From Podarcis bocagei (Eukaryota), in NCBI GenBank assembly GCA_964188305.1, contig OZ076901.1: a stretch of DNA of 64,000 bases, one strand, 5' to 3'. This document shows positions 1-13,307 of the stretch, piece after piece. Below the pieces are notes generated by a model, which saw nothing but the letters and a program-made list of their open reading frames with translations, made no database searches and was not told the origin of the DNA. The position numbers were made by a program, and so were the translations under genes. Position 1 is the first letter of the stretch. Every line of letters begins with the position of its first letter.

Positions 1-25
1 ACATGGGAACCACCAATCCACAGTA

Positions 26-251
26 CAGCGGTACCTCGGGTTACATACACTTCAGGTTACAGACTCTGCTAACCCAGAAATAGTACCTCGGGTTAAGAAC
101 TTTGCTTCAGGATGAGAACAGAAATCGTGCTCCAGCGGCGCTGCAGTAGCAGGAGGCCCCATTAGCTAAAGTGGTGCTTCAGGTTAAGAACAGTTTCAGG
201 TTAAGAACGGACCTCCGGAACGAAATAAGTACTTAACCCGAGGTACCACTG
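26..251. mobile_element. Tc1/mariner (Tigger-like) MITE
   Basis: TIRs CAGYGGTACCTCGGGTTA and TA target duplication; same family as 22931 and 63799. Confidence 0.85.
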
Positions 252-1965
252 TACCTCTGTTTTGTTGGCATCTAGTTTTAGCTCACTGACCATCATGCAG
301 CCCATTACTAACCCCGGGCACTGGCAAAGAAGCACTTGCACAGCTTCACCCAGTTCCAGAGGAACAGAGCTAGATCTCTATGGAAAACTATGTGGATGTT
401 TTGTTTTCCTATTGCTTCCAGGAGAGGCAGCAAGCTCCTTGGCCTACCATTTCTCTGTGATTCCGCAGCTGGTTGTTCCTCCCCTCCAAGGTGCTGCCCT
501 TGCCAGGGAGTCTGCTGGAGGCAGCCATGGGAATGGAGCTGCTCTCCCTCTCTCCAGGGTTGCCACCAGGCAGGGACACTGAGAGATGACAGAGGAATGG
601 AAAAGCTTCCTTGGGACATACATGTATGGGCACCGTGCCAGGCCCACACCTGAAGAACCCAGTGCACTCATTCCTACAGGTGAAGCAATGCCCGCTAGCT
701 AGCTAGCTGAGGCCAGAGGGTGCCCAGGCAGCCAACACTTCCATGCCTGTGAAAAGTTTAATTTGGGGTTGAGGGCTGTGACAGCAGCATTGCCTGGCCA
801 GCCCCTTCATTCCTCCCCTTGACCAGTGCCCATCTCTAACTCCCATCTGATGGTGGCAAACCCAGGGGCAGGGATGAAGATGAATTCTCTGCCTGCAATC
901 TGGGAGGGAGGGAAGGAGGGGAGCCGCTGTCCCTTTAAGTGTCAGCCTGTCGCACTGGCTGGCTCAGTCTCTGGGGGCCTATTAATAGCAGCTGGAAAGA
1001 TCACATCACTCCCGGGATATTTATACCCCTTTCGTTCCACACCAGGAGAGATTTATTTCCATGCTGCCTAACCCAGGCCTGCCCAGCACAAGAGCCTGCC
1101 TGGCGGGGGGGGGGGGCAGACACACGCAGAGTAGGGGGAGAAGAGAGGAGCTTGCCTGCTGCAACGTCTGCCTTGGTGGGGAACAGGATGTGGCCAAAGG
1201 CCTGAGATGCCCCCAGGCAACACGTGGACTCTCACCTGGGGCAGATACAGATAACACAGAGGGCGCATGTTCACTGCTGCAAGTTGTGGAGGAGAAGGAA
1301 GAGTAACCCAAGGCTATGCACACATGCCACAGGGTCCTACAGCAGGAGGGCAACAGGTGGCATCTGTGCCCGGAGGCTTCCAGTTGTGCCATGCACACAC
1401 AGAATCATAGAATTGTAGAGTTGGAATGGACCCCGAGGTTCATCTATTCGCACACCCCCTGCAATGTAGGACTATGCAGCCGTCCCACAGGGGATTGAAC
1501 CTGCAACCTTGGTGTTATGAGCACCATGTTCTAACCGAGCTTTCATGGCATATGCATGGTATGATCACCACCTCTTGGCCTGACCTGGTTAAACAAGAAG
1601 GGTGACAGGAAGCCGCCAATCCTGCCCCTCCCCACCCATTCTGTAAGGCTGCCCACAGCACAGCTCCCATATTTGTGACACCCAAGTTGCCAGGGTTAAC
1701 AGCCCACCAGTGCAATCTCTCCCCCTAGTTCAGCCTTTGGGTGGTAGGTCTTTCCCTTGCAGCCCTTCTTTTCAAAACCATCCCAGTAGCCCATTCCAGA
1801 AAAACCCAGCCATGTACATTTGCTTCTGATTTCTCTGAGCATAGGTCTTCCATATTCCTCTTGTGCTACTCACATTTACTACACTTTATATTCCACCTTC
1901 CCCACGCCCGCCCCAAACCAAGGAGGGGAAGGTGGTACATGTGATTCTCTGGCTTCTTCATTTAT

Positions 1966-2317
1966 CCAGTATATCTGAAGGAACCACCCCCATCGTTCTA
2001 CTCGGACACTGAGGTCCAGCACCGAGGGCCTTCTGGCGGTTCCCTCATTGCAAGAAGCCAAGTTACAGGGAACCAGGCAGAGGGCCTTCTCGGTAGTGGC
2101 ACCCACCCTGTGGAACGCCCTTCCACCAGATGTCAAAGAGAACAACAACTACCAGACTTTTAGAAGACATCTGAAGGCAGCCCTGTTTAGGGAAGCTTTT
2201 AATGTTTGATGTATTACAGTATTTTAATATTTTGTTGGAAGCTGCCCAGAGTGGCTGGGGAAGCCCAGCTAGATGGGTGGGATATAAATAAATAAATTAT
2301 TATTATTATTATTATTA
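1966..2317 (+). mobile_element. L2-clade LINE 3' fragment
   Basis: Homologous to the 19568 and 21797 copies; (TTA)n tail. Confidence 0.85.
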
Positions 2318-3545
2318 AACCCCACAACAACCCTTTGAGGCAGCTGACTGGTTCAAAGTCACCCAGTGAGCTTCATTGCCAAGTGGGGATTTGAACCCTG
2401 GTCTCCCAAGTCCCAGTCTGACACTCTAACCACTACACCACACTGGCTCGCCATTTCTTCCCAACCATTGGTCTGTTGTTCTTCCTATTTACTGTCATTG
2501 GACATCAATTGTTGGCTGGTTGTTGGGTGGGGAGGGAGCCAACTTTTAATGGCTTCTGTGGGGCAGTGAACCTCCCCAAGTTCTCCTCATGAAACCTCAA
2601 AGACAATGGGCTCCACTCAGGCAGAACTCCATCTCCCCAGAGGCAGATCTGCTAGCTTGGAATGGCTGGGACTGCTGCTTCTTAGATCTGAGCAGGTGGG
2701 GACAGGTTGAGGCTATGGGTGTCGGCAGGCACTCTGGACATGTTCAGAGGTACTTGAAAACACTATTGCACATATTTCAGGAATTCATGGTAGTATTGAA
2801 AATTGCTCAGAGGGCTGGTGCTGATATATACTGGGGAAAATTAAGGCCTGGATTAAAGAACAGATTCCTCAACTACAAGGTAAACAATGGTCCTTGTTTC
2901 TCAATTTGACCCTTTTACATGGTTTTGTAGTATTTTATGCATTGCGACTTACTGTTACTTTTTATTGATTATAGTTTAGTAATTCTTTATTGCAATTGTT
3001 AAGTGTAAACTGTTTATAATTATTATCTGCTGATATTTAATTTTACTGTTCTAATGGATTACTGAATATTGCTTTAATTGACAAACATTAAGTTGTTTAT
3101 CTTAAAGTTATGTTTTCATTATGGTATTTTTTTGTATTGGATCAGATTGTTATTAGGTGTTATTATCTTTACTGCCTATGTTGTTGTTTCTTTAGCTTGC
3201 AAACCGCCTTGTAGTACTGTATAGTAAAACAAGAAAGGGGTATACAAATAAAAAGTGAAATGAAAAACGAAATGAAATTGCTTTTGCAAGCCCCTCCCCT
3301 CCCCATCTTTGCCTCAAGCTGAAGAACTTCAGTTGAAGATGCATCCCGAAGGAGACATCTTGTTGGGCTGCTGGAAGACAAATGGGGGAGCGGGTGGGAG
3401 TGTACCCCTTGTGTAACTGGTGAACGGGGAAGGAGTAAACGATGCTCAAGCTGCAGCTCAATAACATAGCTGAGCACCTGCCCAGGCATGGATCATAAAA
3501 GCGTTTGCAGGACCCAGAAAGGAAAGGTGCATTGCTTAAATAAAT

Positions 3546-4190
3546 CAGGGTGGATTTGATTTAAATCACAATTTAAATCACTAGTCAGTAAGACTTGATT
3601 TAAATCATATTTTTTTTACAGAAATGACTCATTCTTGCTGGTATAACCTTAATATTTACAACCAGATGAAGGTTTCATTTTTTTGAATAATCAATTTTCA
3701 GAGTAGTTTTTACAGTTATATCAAAAATTACTGATTTGGTTATGATTTTAGAAATACATAGATAATTATGAAATTATTGTGGGGTTTAATAAGTTAACTG
3801 TTTATATTTGGACAACTTTTCTGCTGTACTTTATTGGAAGGAGAAAAACAAATCATTTCCTTAATAACAATTTAAACAATTTATTCAAAACAATAGCATT
3901 ATAGCATATGTATCCATGTTTGTTAACTGATGTGGTTAAACAATTTTTTTTAAAAAAAACACACCTTAGACTGAGTTTTGGCACACATGACAAACTTAAA
4001 ACAAATCCTTATCTCCTAATGAATAGCCTTTGGACTATAATGTAACCTAAATAGAAAACGATCTTTAGAAAAATTTCCCCCCCAAAAGCGTTTTATTTGA
4101 AAAATCCGATTTAAATAAAATAAAATCTGATTAAAATAAATAAATAACTGGGTTTTTAATAAAAAAAATCATTGATTTTTATCCACCCTG
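3546..4190. mobile_element. AT-rich hAT MITE
   Basis: TIR CAGGGTGGAT...ATCCACCCTG with perfect 8-bp TSD AAATAAAT. Confidence 0.88.
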
Positions 4191-4823
4191 AAATAAATAC
4201 ACCTTTAAGTATTGGACATCAGCAGTTCGGCCCCACATGTAGTGGAGCAATGGCAACCAGCTGCTCAGCACCCAGAACTCTTGTGCAACTTCCAAGGCCA
4301 GTGTGTTGATTCTCAGCACCCTGCAACCAACCACACACTGAGCACTAGCCGGCCAAGCCAGCGTGCAAGGCAGAGCCTGCTTCCACGTGTGTCCACATGC
4401 CTGTATCCACCCCTGCCCACGCAGCAGTATTCAGCACTTGCCAGGGCGCTATGAAAAGGATAAGGAGGAAACACACAGAGAGCGCTCCCCTGCCCGGGCA
4501 CAACCACTCTGGGGGACTGGCTGAAGGCAGAGGAAGAGGCAAGCCCAGCACACTCCACAAAAGGGGAAACATGCAAATCTCAGCTTAGTGGGTAAGAAAA
4601 GAGGCAGACATTCCCTCCGTGCAAAGCCACATGTCCCAAAGACACAGCTACAGTCTACTACCCACAATGGCCTCCAGGGAGTGACACAGGATCCTGCCCT
4701 GACATGTTATAATATAAGCCAAGGAGCCTCAGCCTCCTGCAAAAGCACCTGGCTCCTTCCAGCAGCCATGATTGCTCCAGCTATGGCACTCAGCATCCTG
4801 CTGCAGGGAGATTAGGTCCACTG

Positions 4824-5158
4824 GGTAAAAAGGACCCCTGACCATTAGGTCCAGTTGTGCCCGACTCTGGGGTTGCGGCGCTTATCTTGCTTTATTGGCC
4901 GAGGGAGCCAGGTCACGGGGCCAGCATGACTAAGCCGCTTCTGGCGAACCAGAGCAGCGCACAGAAAAGCCGTTTACCTTCCCGCCGGAGTGGTACCTAT
5001 TTATCTACTTGCACTTTGACGTGCTTTCGAACTGCTAGGTGGGCAGGAGCAGGGACCGAGCAACAGGAGCTCACCCCATCACGGGGATTCGAACCGCTGA
5101 CCTTCTGATCGGCAAATCCTAGGCTCTGTGGTTTAACCCACAGTGCTACCCGCGTCCC
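4824..5158 (-). mobile_element. Sauria SINE
   Basis: tRNA-like head GGGACGCGGGT..GGTTCGAATCCC and tail ending at GGGGTCC; internal deletion relative to the other copies. Confidence 0.9.
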
Positions 5159-6225
5159 ATTGGGTAGGCAGGTGTAAAGGCAACCCAGAGGGGATGTTCA
5201 GGGGCTCTGCCAATCTGGGTGGTTCTTTCTCCTGGAAAGGAAGCACCAGGGACAGTTGCTGCTGTAGTATGGAAGTACAAGTACCCTGCCAGCCAAGACT
5301 AGGGACACTTGAGCAGCTGGCTTAACAAGGCTCCTTTGGGCAGCCACCCACTACGCCACGAAGATCGACCCAAGGGCAGGGAGAGGCTTCATCAGGCCAA
5401 CGCCAGAGCAAAGAAAGAAACAGTTAAGAGAAATTGCCAGCAACCTCTTTACCACTTTAGCCAACTAGATGCCACTGGGAAGCCCAGCAGCCTCTCCCCC
5501 CAGTTGCAGCAACTTGCATTCAGATAGACTGCCTCTGAACAAGGAGGTTTCACATAGTAATAGTCCCTGAAATACCTTTCTCCTCCTTCCTGAACATGTC
5601 TATTCCCTTAGACCACCTAGGCCAGAGACCATTTCCACGGGGAGATGTGTTTATTAACTGGGCAGGTCATGGAAAGAGATTATTTCATTTGTCTATCCCA
5701 GATCTCCTGCTGGTCCCTTTTCACTGGATGACCCAGTATATCGCAAGAGAGGGAGAAAAAACCTATCTGCTTTCCTTAACACCCCCCCCAACACCCCAGT
5801 CTTTTTAAACCCTTGGTTTCCGGTTCCAAGAAGAACACGGACACCTCCTTGCATTACAAACTCTGAATCTGTTTCCCCAGGACTAAGAGTGGCCTCTGAG
5901 AGGCCCCCTCCCCTGCAGAATGCATCTCTCTTGCCAGAAGTCCACAGGATGTTCATTGCTTCCATATTGCTGCTCCACCAGATTTAGCCAGCTTGCCTCA
6001 ACTCCACATATTTTGTGTCCTTCATAACAAGGTACTTTAAAATACTAAAACATTTTGAGACACCACTAGAAAGGTATTTCATTAAAAAGAGAAGAGGCAG
6101 TCTTTTAACACTGTGTTTAAATGGGATCTTTCCTCTTTTTTAAAAAAAAATATAGGCTGGATGATAAAGCTATCAACGGCTACTAGCCGAAATGGCAATG
6201 TTCTTCATCCACAATTTGGAGCATG

Positions 6226-6504
6226 AGTAGGCCCAATCGCCTTCTAAATCCAGCCTGCGGACCATCCGGGAATCAGCGTGTTTTTACATGAGTAGAATGT
6301 GTGCTTTTATTTAAAATGCATCTCTGGGTTATTTGTGGGGCCTGCATGAGTAGAATGTGTCCTTTTATTTAAAATGCATCTCTGGGTTATTTGTGGGCAT
6401 AGGAATTTGTTCTCCCCCCCCAAAAAAAATATAGTCCGCCGTCCATCCCCAAGGTCTGAGGCACAGTGGACTGGCCCCCTGCTGAAAAAGTTTGCTGATC
6501 CCTG
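6226..6504. mobile_element. hAT-Charlie (OC1-like) MITE with an internal ~55-bp tandem duplication
   Basis: The end ATAGTCCG...GGTCTGAGGCACAGTGGACTGGCCCCCTGCTGAAAAAGTTTGCTGATCCCTG resembles OposCharlie-type MITEs. The duplicated unit lies at ~6287-6339 and ~6345-6397. The family name is from recall. Confidence 0.65.
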
Positions 6505-7183
6505 GTTGGGAGGCAGCAATTGCTTCTGAATGCCAGTGGCTGGAAACCACAGGAGGGTGGGCATCTCTTGTCCTCAGGTCCTGCTTATGTACCTGGCCAG
6601 CTGCCGTGAGAATAAGATGCTAGACTAGATGGGCTTGTTTTAAATTCTTACGCAGACTTTGTTGTTTGCTTTCACCTGCTGTTTCAATGGATTGGCATTA
6701 CTGGGTTTTGCTATCTTGTTCAAAAACTCTTCTCTCCTGACCTCATATCTACTGAGTATAACAGTTAGTGTCTCACATTGAATATAAATAATTTGAAGAA
6801 AGGCCTCTTAAGAATTGAAAACAGAGATGTTGTATGTACTTTTCTCACCCTTTAAAAATAAAATAAAAAACCTTTTTTTAAAAATGGGGTATGTTTTTGC
6901 CACCAGCCACCCTGAAACTTTGATAGGGAAAAGCATAAACATAAAAAACATAAATCCTGTAAAAAGAGAGAAGCAAAAGGATTCCAACTGCCAGTGTTTT
7001 CCTCCCCAATATAGAATCACAGAATTGTAGAGTTCAAAGGGACCACACAGATCATTTAGTCCAGCCACCTGGAATGCAGGAAACTTTTGCCCAAACTGGG
7101 GCACGAACCCACAACCCTGAGATGAAGAGTACCAGGCTCTGCTGACTCAGCTATCCTTGACATAAATCCTTGTTTACTTTAAC

Positions 7184-7348
7184 GCCTGGATAGCTCAGTT
7201 GCTTAGAGCGTGGGTGCTGATAACGCCAAGGTTGCAGGTTCCATCCCCGTAAGGGACAGCTGCATATTCCTGCACTGCAAAGGGGAGTGGGGGTTGGACT
7301 GGATGATTCTCAGAGTCCCTTCCAACTCTACTATTCTATGATTCTATG
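7184..7348 (+). mobile_element. tRNA-derived SINE with CR1-type (ATTCTATG) tail
   Basis: Box A TAGCTCAGTTG, box B GGTTCCATCCC and tail ATTCTATGATTCTATG. Relatives on the minus strand at ~1400-1540, 7011-7158, 20656-20730, 24070-24205, 35606-35738, 48996-49065 and split across 49775-52422. Confidence 0.8.
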
Positions 7349-7824
7349 AATACAGGTCCAATTTAAGTACATTAATTTCAGTGTGTCTGTTCTGCATAAA
7401 GCATCACTGGATACGACTCCTTGCTACCGTTTCCTTGTTATAACTTGCATTGCTTGTTCAAAGGACAGAACAGAGGGCAAGGCCAGTACAGGGACCTAAT
7501 TGCACAGGCCCAGGATGAAGCATCTGCGAGCCACACAAAGGAGCCCTCCCACCCTTGCACACCCACACACACCCCGGCTGCCCATTCCAGGATACTCCTT
7601 GGCAGCCTCTCTTTCCCACCAGGAAGGAAGCCCAGGCTGCAATCACACACAGGCAGCCCTTTCGTTTCTCAACGAACATTTCTTCAGGTTAGTGGGAGGA
7701 GATTCTCTCCTGTTCAGCTCTGCAGAGGGACAACTTGAGCAGGTGAAGGTGATGGGAGTGTCCCTGGCCATTGGAGCAGTACCCCCCCAAAAAGAAATGC
7801 TGGCTGGCTTTTTTAAAAAATATA

Positions 7825-8275
7825 TATATATATTTTTATTAAGGATTTTCTTGTTTTACAGAAGTGTAGTGCCTCGTATTTTTTTTTCTTCATGTAACAT
7901 TTTTACAAATCCGTTTCATTTGTTGAGGCATTAGGGGGAGAAGAAGAGAAAAAAGAAAAAAGAAAGGGGGGTGGAGAGAGGGAAGATGGATAGGGGTGGG
8001 GTCGCGTGGCGGTGTTTCTATTATGTTTAATGTATGTAGAGTTTGGTGTCAGCGTTGCTTGTGTTGTTCACTTGTGTTCCTTTGGTGGTGAGAGAGGTTG
8101 GGGTTGGCCTAGGGTGTGATTGTTTGCTTGTGATTGGCTGTGGTGATCTTTGTTTTCGTGTGTGAGTGAGGTGGGTGGGTGTTTCGGATCAGGTTAGCTA
8201 TATTGATTTGTATGCTGTTGGTGGATTATTGTCATTGTCCTGTTGGGCTGTGTATGTGATAAAGGGGAGCCACAA
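7825..8275 (-). mobile_element. LINE (L1-like) 3'UTR fragment
   Basis: Minus-strand AATAAA plus A tail at ~7833-7841, with a strongly strand-skewed body. Confidence 0.55.
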
Positions 8276-8408
8276 GTGGCCCATGATGCCCAGACGGAAA
8301 GACTCTCGTCGCCTGCTTGCCTATTTCCCTATGGGAGTTTATTTTCTTCTTTCTTTGGGGGCTAAATGACAAGACCCCAATAAGGGCAGTATCACATCCC
8401 TTGTCTAA

Positions 8409-8747
8409 AAGGTAAAGGTAAAGGGACCCCTGACCATTAGGTCCAGTCACGGACGACTCTGGGGTTGTAGCGCCCATCTCGCTTTATTGGCCGAGGGAGC
8501 CGGCGTACAGCTTCCGGGTCATGTGGCCAGCATGACTAAGCTGCTTCTGGCGAACCAGAGCAGCGCACAGAAATGCCGTTTACCTTCCCGCCGGAGCGGT
8601 ACCTATTTATCTACTTGCACTTCGACGTGCTTTTGAAATGCTAGGTTGGCAGGAGCAGGGACGCCGTAATGGGGATTCGAACCACCGACCTTCTGATTGG
8701 CAAGTCCTAGACTCTGTGTTTTAACCCACAGCGCCACCCGTGTGTCC
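8409..8747 (-). mobile_element. Sauria SINE
   Basis: Same family, (ACCTTT)n tail. Confidence 0.9.
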
Positions 8748-10288
8748 CCCCCTTGTCTAAAGCAGAAGATAATTCCCTCCCCCCATTACCTTTCAGCAAA
8801 GACAACCAACCTAAAGGAGGCAGGCTGCCTCTCCCCATTTTAGTTACTTCAAGTATTTATACACTGCTTAATATTCATAATTCCTAAGTGGGGCACATAA
8901 TTTGTTTTGAGAGTAAGGACTGGTGTGATGAAGGGCAAGTTTGTGCTGTGATGCAGGGCCTGTTCTTGCTGTATGGTGGGAGAAACCCATGCCCTCCCCT
9001 GGCAACTCTCTGCCTCCCCTGGGAGTGAGGCTCCCCTCCCATTTGGGGAACCGCAGCTCTGGCCCCAAACTGCTCCTCAGCAAGATAGTCAGGCTGCACC
9101 CATTTCCACAAGTGGTGACTGACCTATACACCAGTGATCCTCAACCTTGGGTCCCCGTTGGACTACAAGTCCCATCACCTCTGACCACTGGGGCTAAGCT
9201 GGCTAGGAATGACAGGAGTTGTAGTACAACACCCACTGACCCAAACTGGAAGAACACTGGCAGCTCCCTATATCTTTTGGCATAAGAACTTTTAGACAAT
9301 GGTTGGTGTTTTGGTAAGGAAGAGAACATAAGAATCCTCTCTGCTGCCCTACAGTCCTTGCACCTCCTAGTGATGGGCAAGGACCAGTGGCAATATTTAT
9401 TCTCCTTCCACTCAAACTGGTTCCAAATTCTGTGGCTTCCTCGGGGTAGTGCCTGCAAGCAAGCTTTAAACCCCCCCCCCCCATATTTAATAACATCATT
9501 CAGATTTGCTTTATTTATTTCAAGGGCACGGGTAAGAACTGAGGTGCTCAGAAGTCTTTGAACCCTCCCTATACAAGCAAACTGTTTACAGGTCAGCTGA
9601 TGCAACAGCTTCTACGCCACTTCTTCCCTCGCAAGAGAAATATTTTGAAAACAGAGAAATTTACAAAAAAAAGCAAACTTAGGCCACTGTACTTTGCAAC
9701 AGCCTTCCCCCCGCCCCTCCCTGAGGCTGCTACCTTCAAGATGTGCAAAGTAATGTGTATTCTGCCTTTCCTCTGCAGGGCTCTAAAGGAGGTACGTGGT
9801 TCGGTTGCTGTTGTTGTTCTCACATTAACCCTGTGAGGTAGGCAAGCTCGAAAGAGCATGTCTGCCCGAGATCAGCCTGTCAGCTTCATACCTGAGTGAG
9901 CATTTGAGCCTAAGGCTCTCCTTTTCTAGTCACAACAACCCCACTGGCTTTCCAAGGGCCCAACCAGACAGACCCACAGGGTCTTTCCCTCACCTAAGAA
10001 AGCATTATTCTAAACCTGCCAGCACAACTAGTGATGCACTGGGTCAATAAGGCACCTGCTTCTGCTCCTCAGCACCAAGCTATTGCCAGGCCTCAAACCA
10101 ATGGCTGGCAGCAGGTAGCTTGTTCCTTCCAGTGGGTCCCATGCTGTGCAAGTGCTTCCTAAGGGAGCCAGCAGGCATCAGGCAGGAGATGCTGGAAAGT
10201 ACTTTCTGACCAGTGTCTGCAACAGGCCAGAGCGGTACTCACATGCCCATTTCCAGTGCCAACATATGGCCACAGAGAACATGCCTAC

Positions 10289-10913
10289 CAGGGTGGATTT
10301 GATTTAAATTGATTTAAATCGCTAATCAGTAAGACTTGATTTAAATCATATATTTTTTTGGAAGAAAGACTGATTCTTGTTGGTATAATATTTACAACCA
10401 GGTGAAGGTTTCATTTTTGGAATAATCAATTTTCAGAGTAGTTTTTACAGCTATATCAGAAATTACTGATTTGGTTATGCTATTAGAAATACATAGACAG
10501 ATAATTATGAAATTATTGTGTGGTTTAATAAGTTTATATTTGGACAACTTTTCTGCAGTACTTTATTGGAAGGGGGGAAACAATCATTTACTTAATAACA
10601 ATTTAAACAATTTTTTTAAACTAAAAGAATAACCTAATGGCACATGTATCCATGTTTTTTAACTGATGTGGTTAAACAATTAAAAAAAAAAACTTCGACT
10701 GAGTTTTAGCACACATGAAAAACTTAAACAAATCCTTATTTCATGATGAATAGCCTTTGGACTATAATGTAACTTAAATAGAAAATTATCTTTAGAAAGA
10801 TTTTTTTCCTCCAAAAGCATTTTTTTAAAAAATCCAATTTAAATTTTAAAAATCCCAATTTAAATTTTAAAAATCCGATTTTTTTATTTAAAAAATCATT
10901 TTTATCCACCCTG
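10289..10913. mobile_element. AT-rich hAT MITE, second copy of the 3546-4190 family
   Basis: Same TIRs and internal sequence; 8-bp TSD ATGCCTAC/ATGCTTAC. Confidence 0.88.
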
Positions 10914-11403
10914 ATGCTTACTCCTGAGCAAGACCTGGCACCCAGGATGACCCAAATCCATCACGGGCTCTGGAAAGGCAGCACCATGCAGCTCCCCCCC
11001 TGCCCCCCCCATCAGAATTATATTGAGAATTATATTGAGTCGGAGGAGAGAAAATGGAGGTGGGAATTGGGAAATGGATACATTTCGTTTTGGGGGGCCT
11101 CAACGCACCTGCACGGGAGGCCTCTTGCTTACTTGAAAGCTAAAGGTCAGAACTGCCTCTCTTTAGCTTTTGGGGGGGGGGTTTCTGAGCAGAGGAAGGG
11201 GTGGATGGGGGCTGCTTTGCTCTTCTGTCTTTGGGTATTTTCCCAGTTGAAATCGAATACCCCACTGCAAGATGCTTGCACCCAGAAGAAGAAAGAGACA
11301 CATCACTATTTCAACCATTTCCCAAAGCCAGTCACACTGGTCCTTACTGAGAAGAAGAGTGTTTCTACACAAAATGGCTAGGAAACCCCTGTGCTTTTTA
11401 ATG

Positions 11404-11743
11404 GGTAAAAGGTAAAGGGACCCCTGACCATTACGTCCAATAGCGGATGACTCTGGGGTTGCGACGCTCATCTCGCTCTATAGGCCGAGGGAGCTGGCGT
11501 ACAGCTTCCGGGTCATGTGGCCAGCATGACTAAGCTGCTTCTGGGGAACCAGAGCAGCACACGGAAATGCTGTTTACCTTCCTGCCAGAGTGGTACCTAT
11601 TTATCTACTTGCACTTCATGCTTTTCTGAACTGCTAGGTTGGCAGGAGCTGGGACCGAGCAACGGGAGCTCACCCCGACACGGGGATTCGAACCGCGGAC
11701 CTTCTGATTGGCAAGCCCTACGCTCAGTGGTTTAACCCACAGC
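11404..11743 (-). mobile_element. Sauria SINE
   Basis: Same family. Confidence 0.9.
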
Positions 11744-13028
11744 ATTTGACAAGTGCTACAGAGATCAAGTAGCCAAGCATTCCAGGTTGGAGCACTTGAT
11801 CCTGAAGTGCCTGGCAGACCCCAGGGGAACCAAGAGGGATCCGTCCCATATAGTAATCAAACAGTAACAATACAAGACTTTGCTGGAGGATGCACGGAAT
11901 AACTGGCCTCTGAGAGTCAGATGGTTTCCCTCCTTTATTTTATTTTTTTTTAATGTGAGAAAGGAAAGGAAGGGGAAAGCAAAACAGCCACACAGTCCAT
12001 GCTGCATAGAGGGCCACAGGGTTTTTAAGCAGGTAAGGTAATGGCAGGCTTCAACATTCTGCATTAAATTTAGATTTCACCTTGAGCCTGTTTATTTTTA
12101 AAACCACCGCTATGACACAGTTGAAGCGTAAAGTTTTGTTTTTAATTCAATCATTTATTCCCACCACACAGACACAAGCACACACTTACGGGGGGGGGAG
12201 TGAGTGAAGGAAAAGGTCTGCTGGGCAGCCTGGCACTTTGTTCCTGGGACCCTATTGGGGGAAGTTCCTTTTGTGCGGCCCCTCCAGAACAAACCCACCA
12301 TCACACACTCACACACACACAGCCCAAGCAGCTCACACTTCAATTTCGGTCTGAATGGTCGTTATTGTCCGCTGCTCCAACAGAGAGATGGTAACACACT
12401 GCTGCAGCCGCTGCTGCGTTTTGGGAGTCTTTACACATGCTAATCAGGTGAAAACTCCGCCTGGAGAGAATTAATATTTAGCAAAGTTCCCGCAGTTTGC
12501 TCATACAAGGATCATATTGTTGATGCTTCCACATCACAGTCCAAGAGAATTCTCCCAAGTTTTAAGGAATGAGGCTGGTCTGCTTTAAGAAACTGTCTCT
12601 GGTTCCTCGTGCAAACTTCCCTGAAGCCAGGGCCATAAAGGCTTCCAGAGTCCTGGGTGCCAGCATCCCACCCCCACCCACCCCTCTGAGGAGTCGTCCG
12701 GGTGCCAAGGATTTTTTTCTCACTCCTGCCAGCAACATTTCCTAACACACACTTCTCAACTGAAAGTCTTGTGCAATAAGGGGCAGGCCCTCCTTGTTTA
12801 CTTGAGTGTGTGGAGTTGCTCTGGGCCAATAGCTTTTGAACCCATAACAAAAGGAGCTGGGGAGAGTTAAGAGCACCCCCGCAATTGCCCAGACACCAGG
12901 CTATCAATAGACAACAGAACCCTTTGTAAGGTGCAGAAAAAAATAATGGAGTTCAGACCCAAAGCAGCACAGAGCCAGTGAGAGAGGTGACCCACACTTG
13001 CTATTCTGCTCCAACAGACCCAGAGTGG

Positions 13029-13307
13029 TAGGGCTGGGGGATATATTGATATATCGTTCAAAGCTGGTCTGAAGTCCATATCATGATATTGGTTTCATAA
13101 TATTTGACCTGGCAATATATCACGAGTTATTATGTGTGTGTACGCGAGCACACTATGCAAAAATCACGATGTGGGGGAAAACCACAAAGCCAGCCAATGC
13201 CTCTACATAGCTCCATCCTTATTTCAGACAGTGTAATATATTGGTATATTGCAATGTTTAGCAAGTGATATATCATGATGCTGAAAACCAGGTATCGGCC
13301 AGCCCTA
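13029..13307. mobile_element. hAT-like MITE
   Basis: TAGGGCTGG...CCAGCCCTA termini and repeated ATATCG/ATATCA subterminal motifs; TSD decayed. Confidence 0.6.

Noticed and set aside
7184-7260. tRNA-like sequence
   Set aside because: It is the head of a SINE: it continues into a CR1-type tail, has multiple decayed copies and an imperfect cloverleaf.
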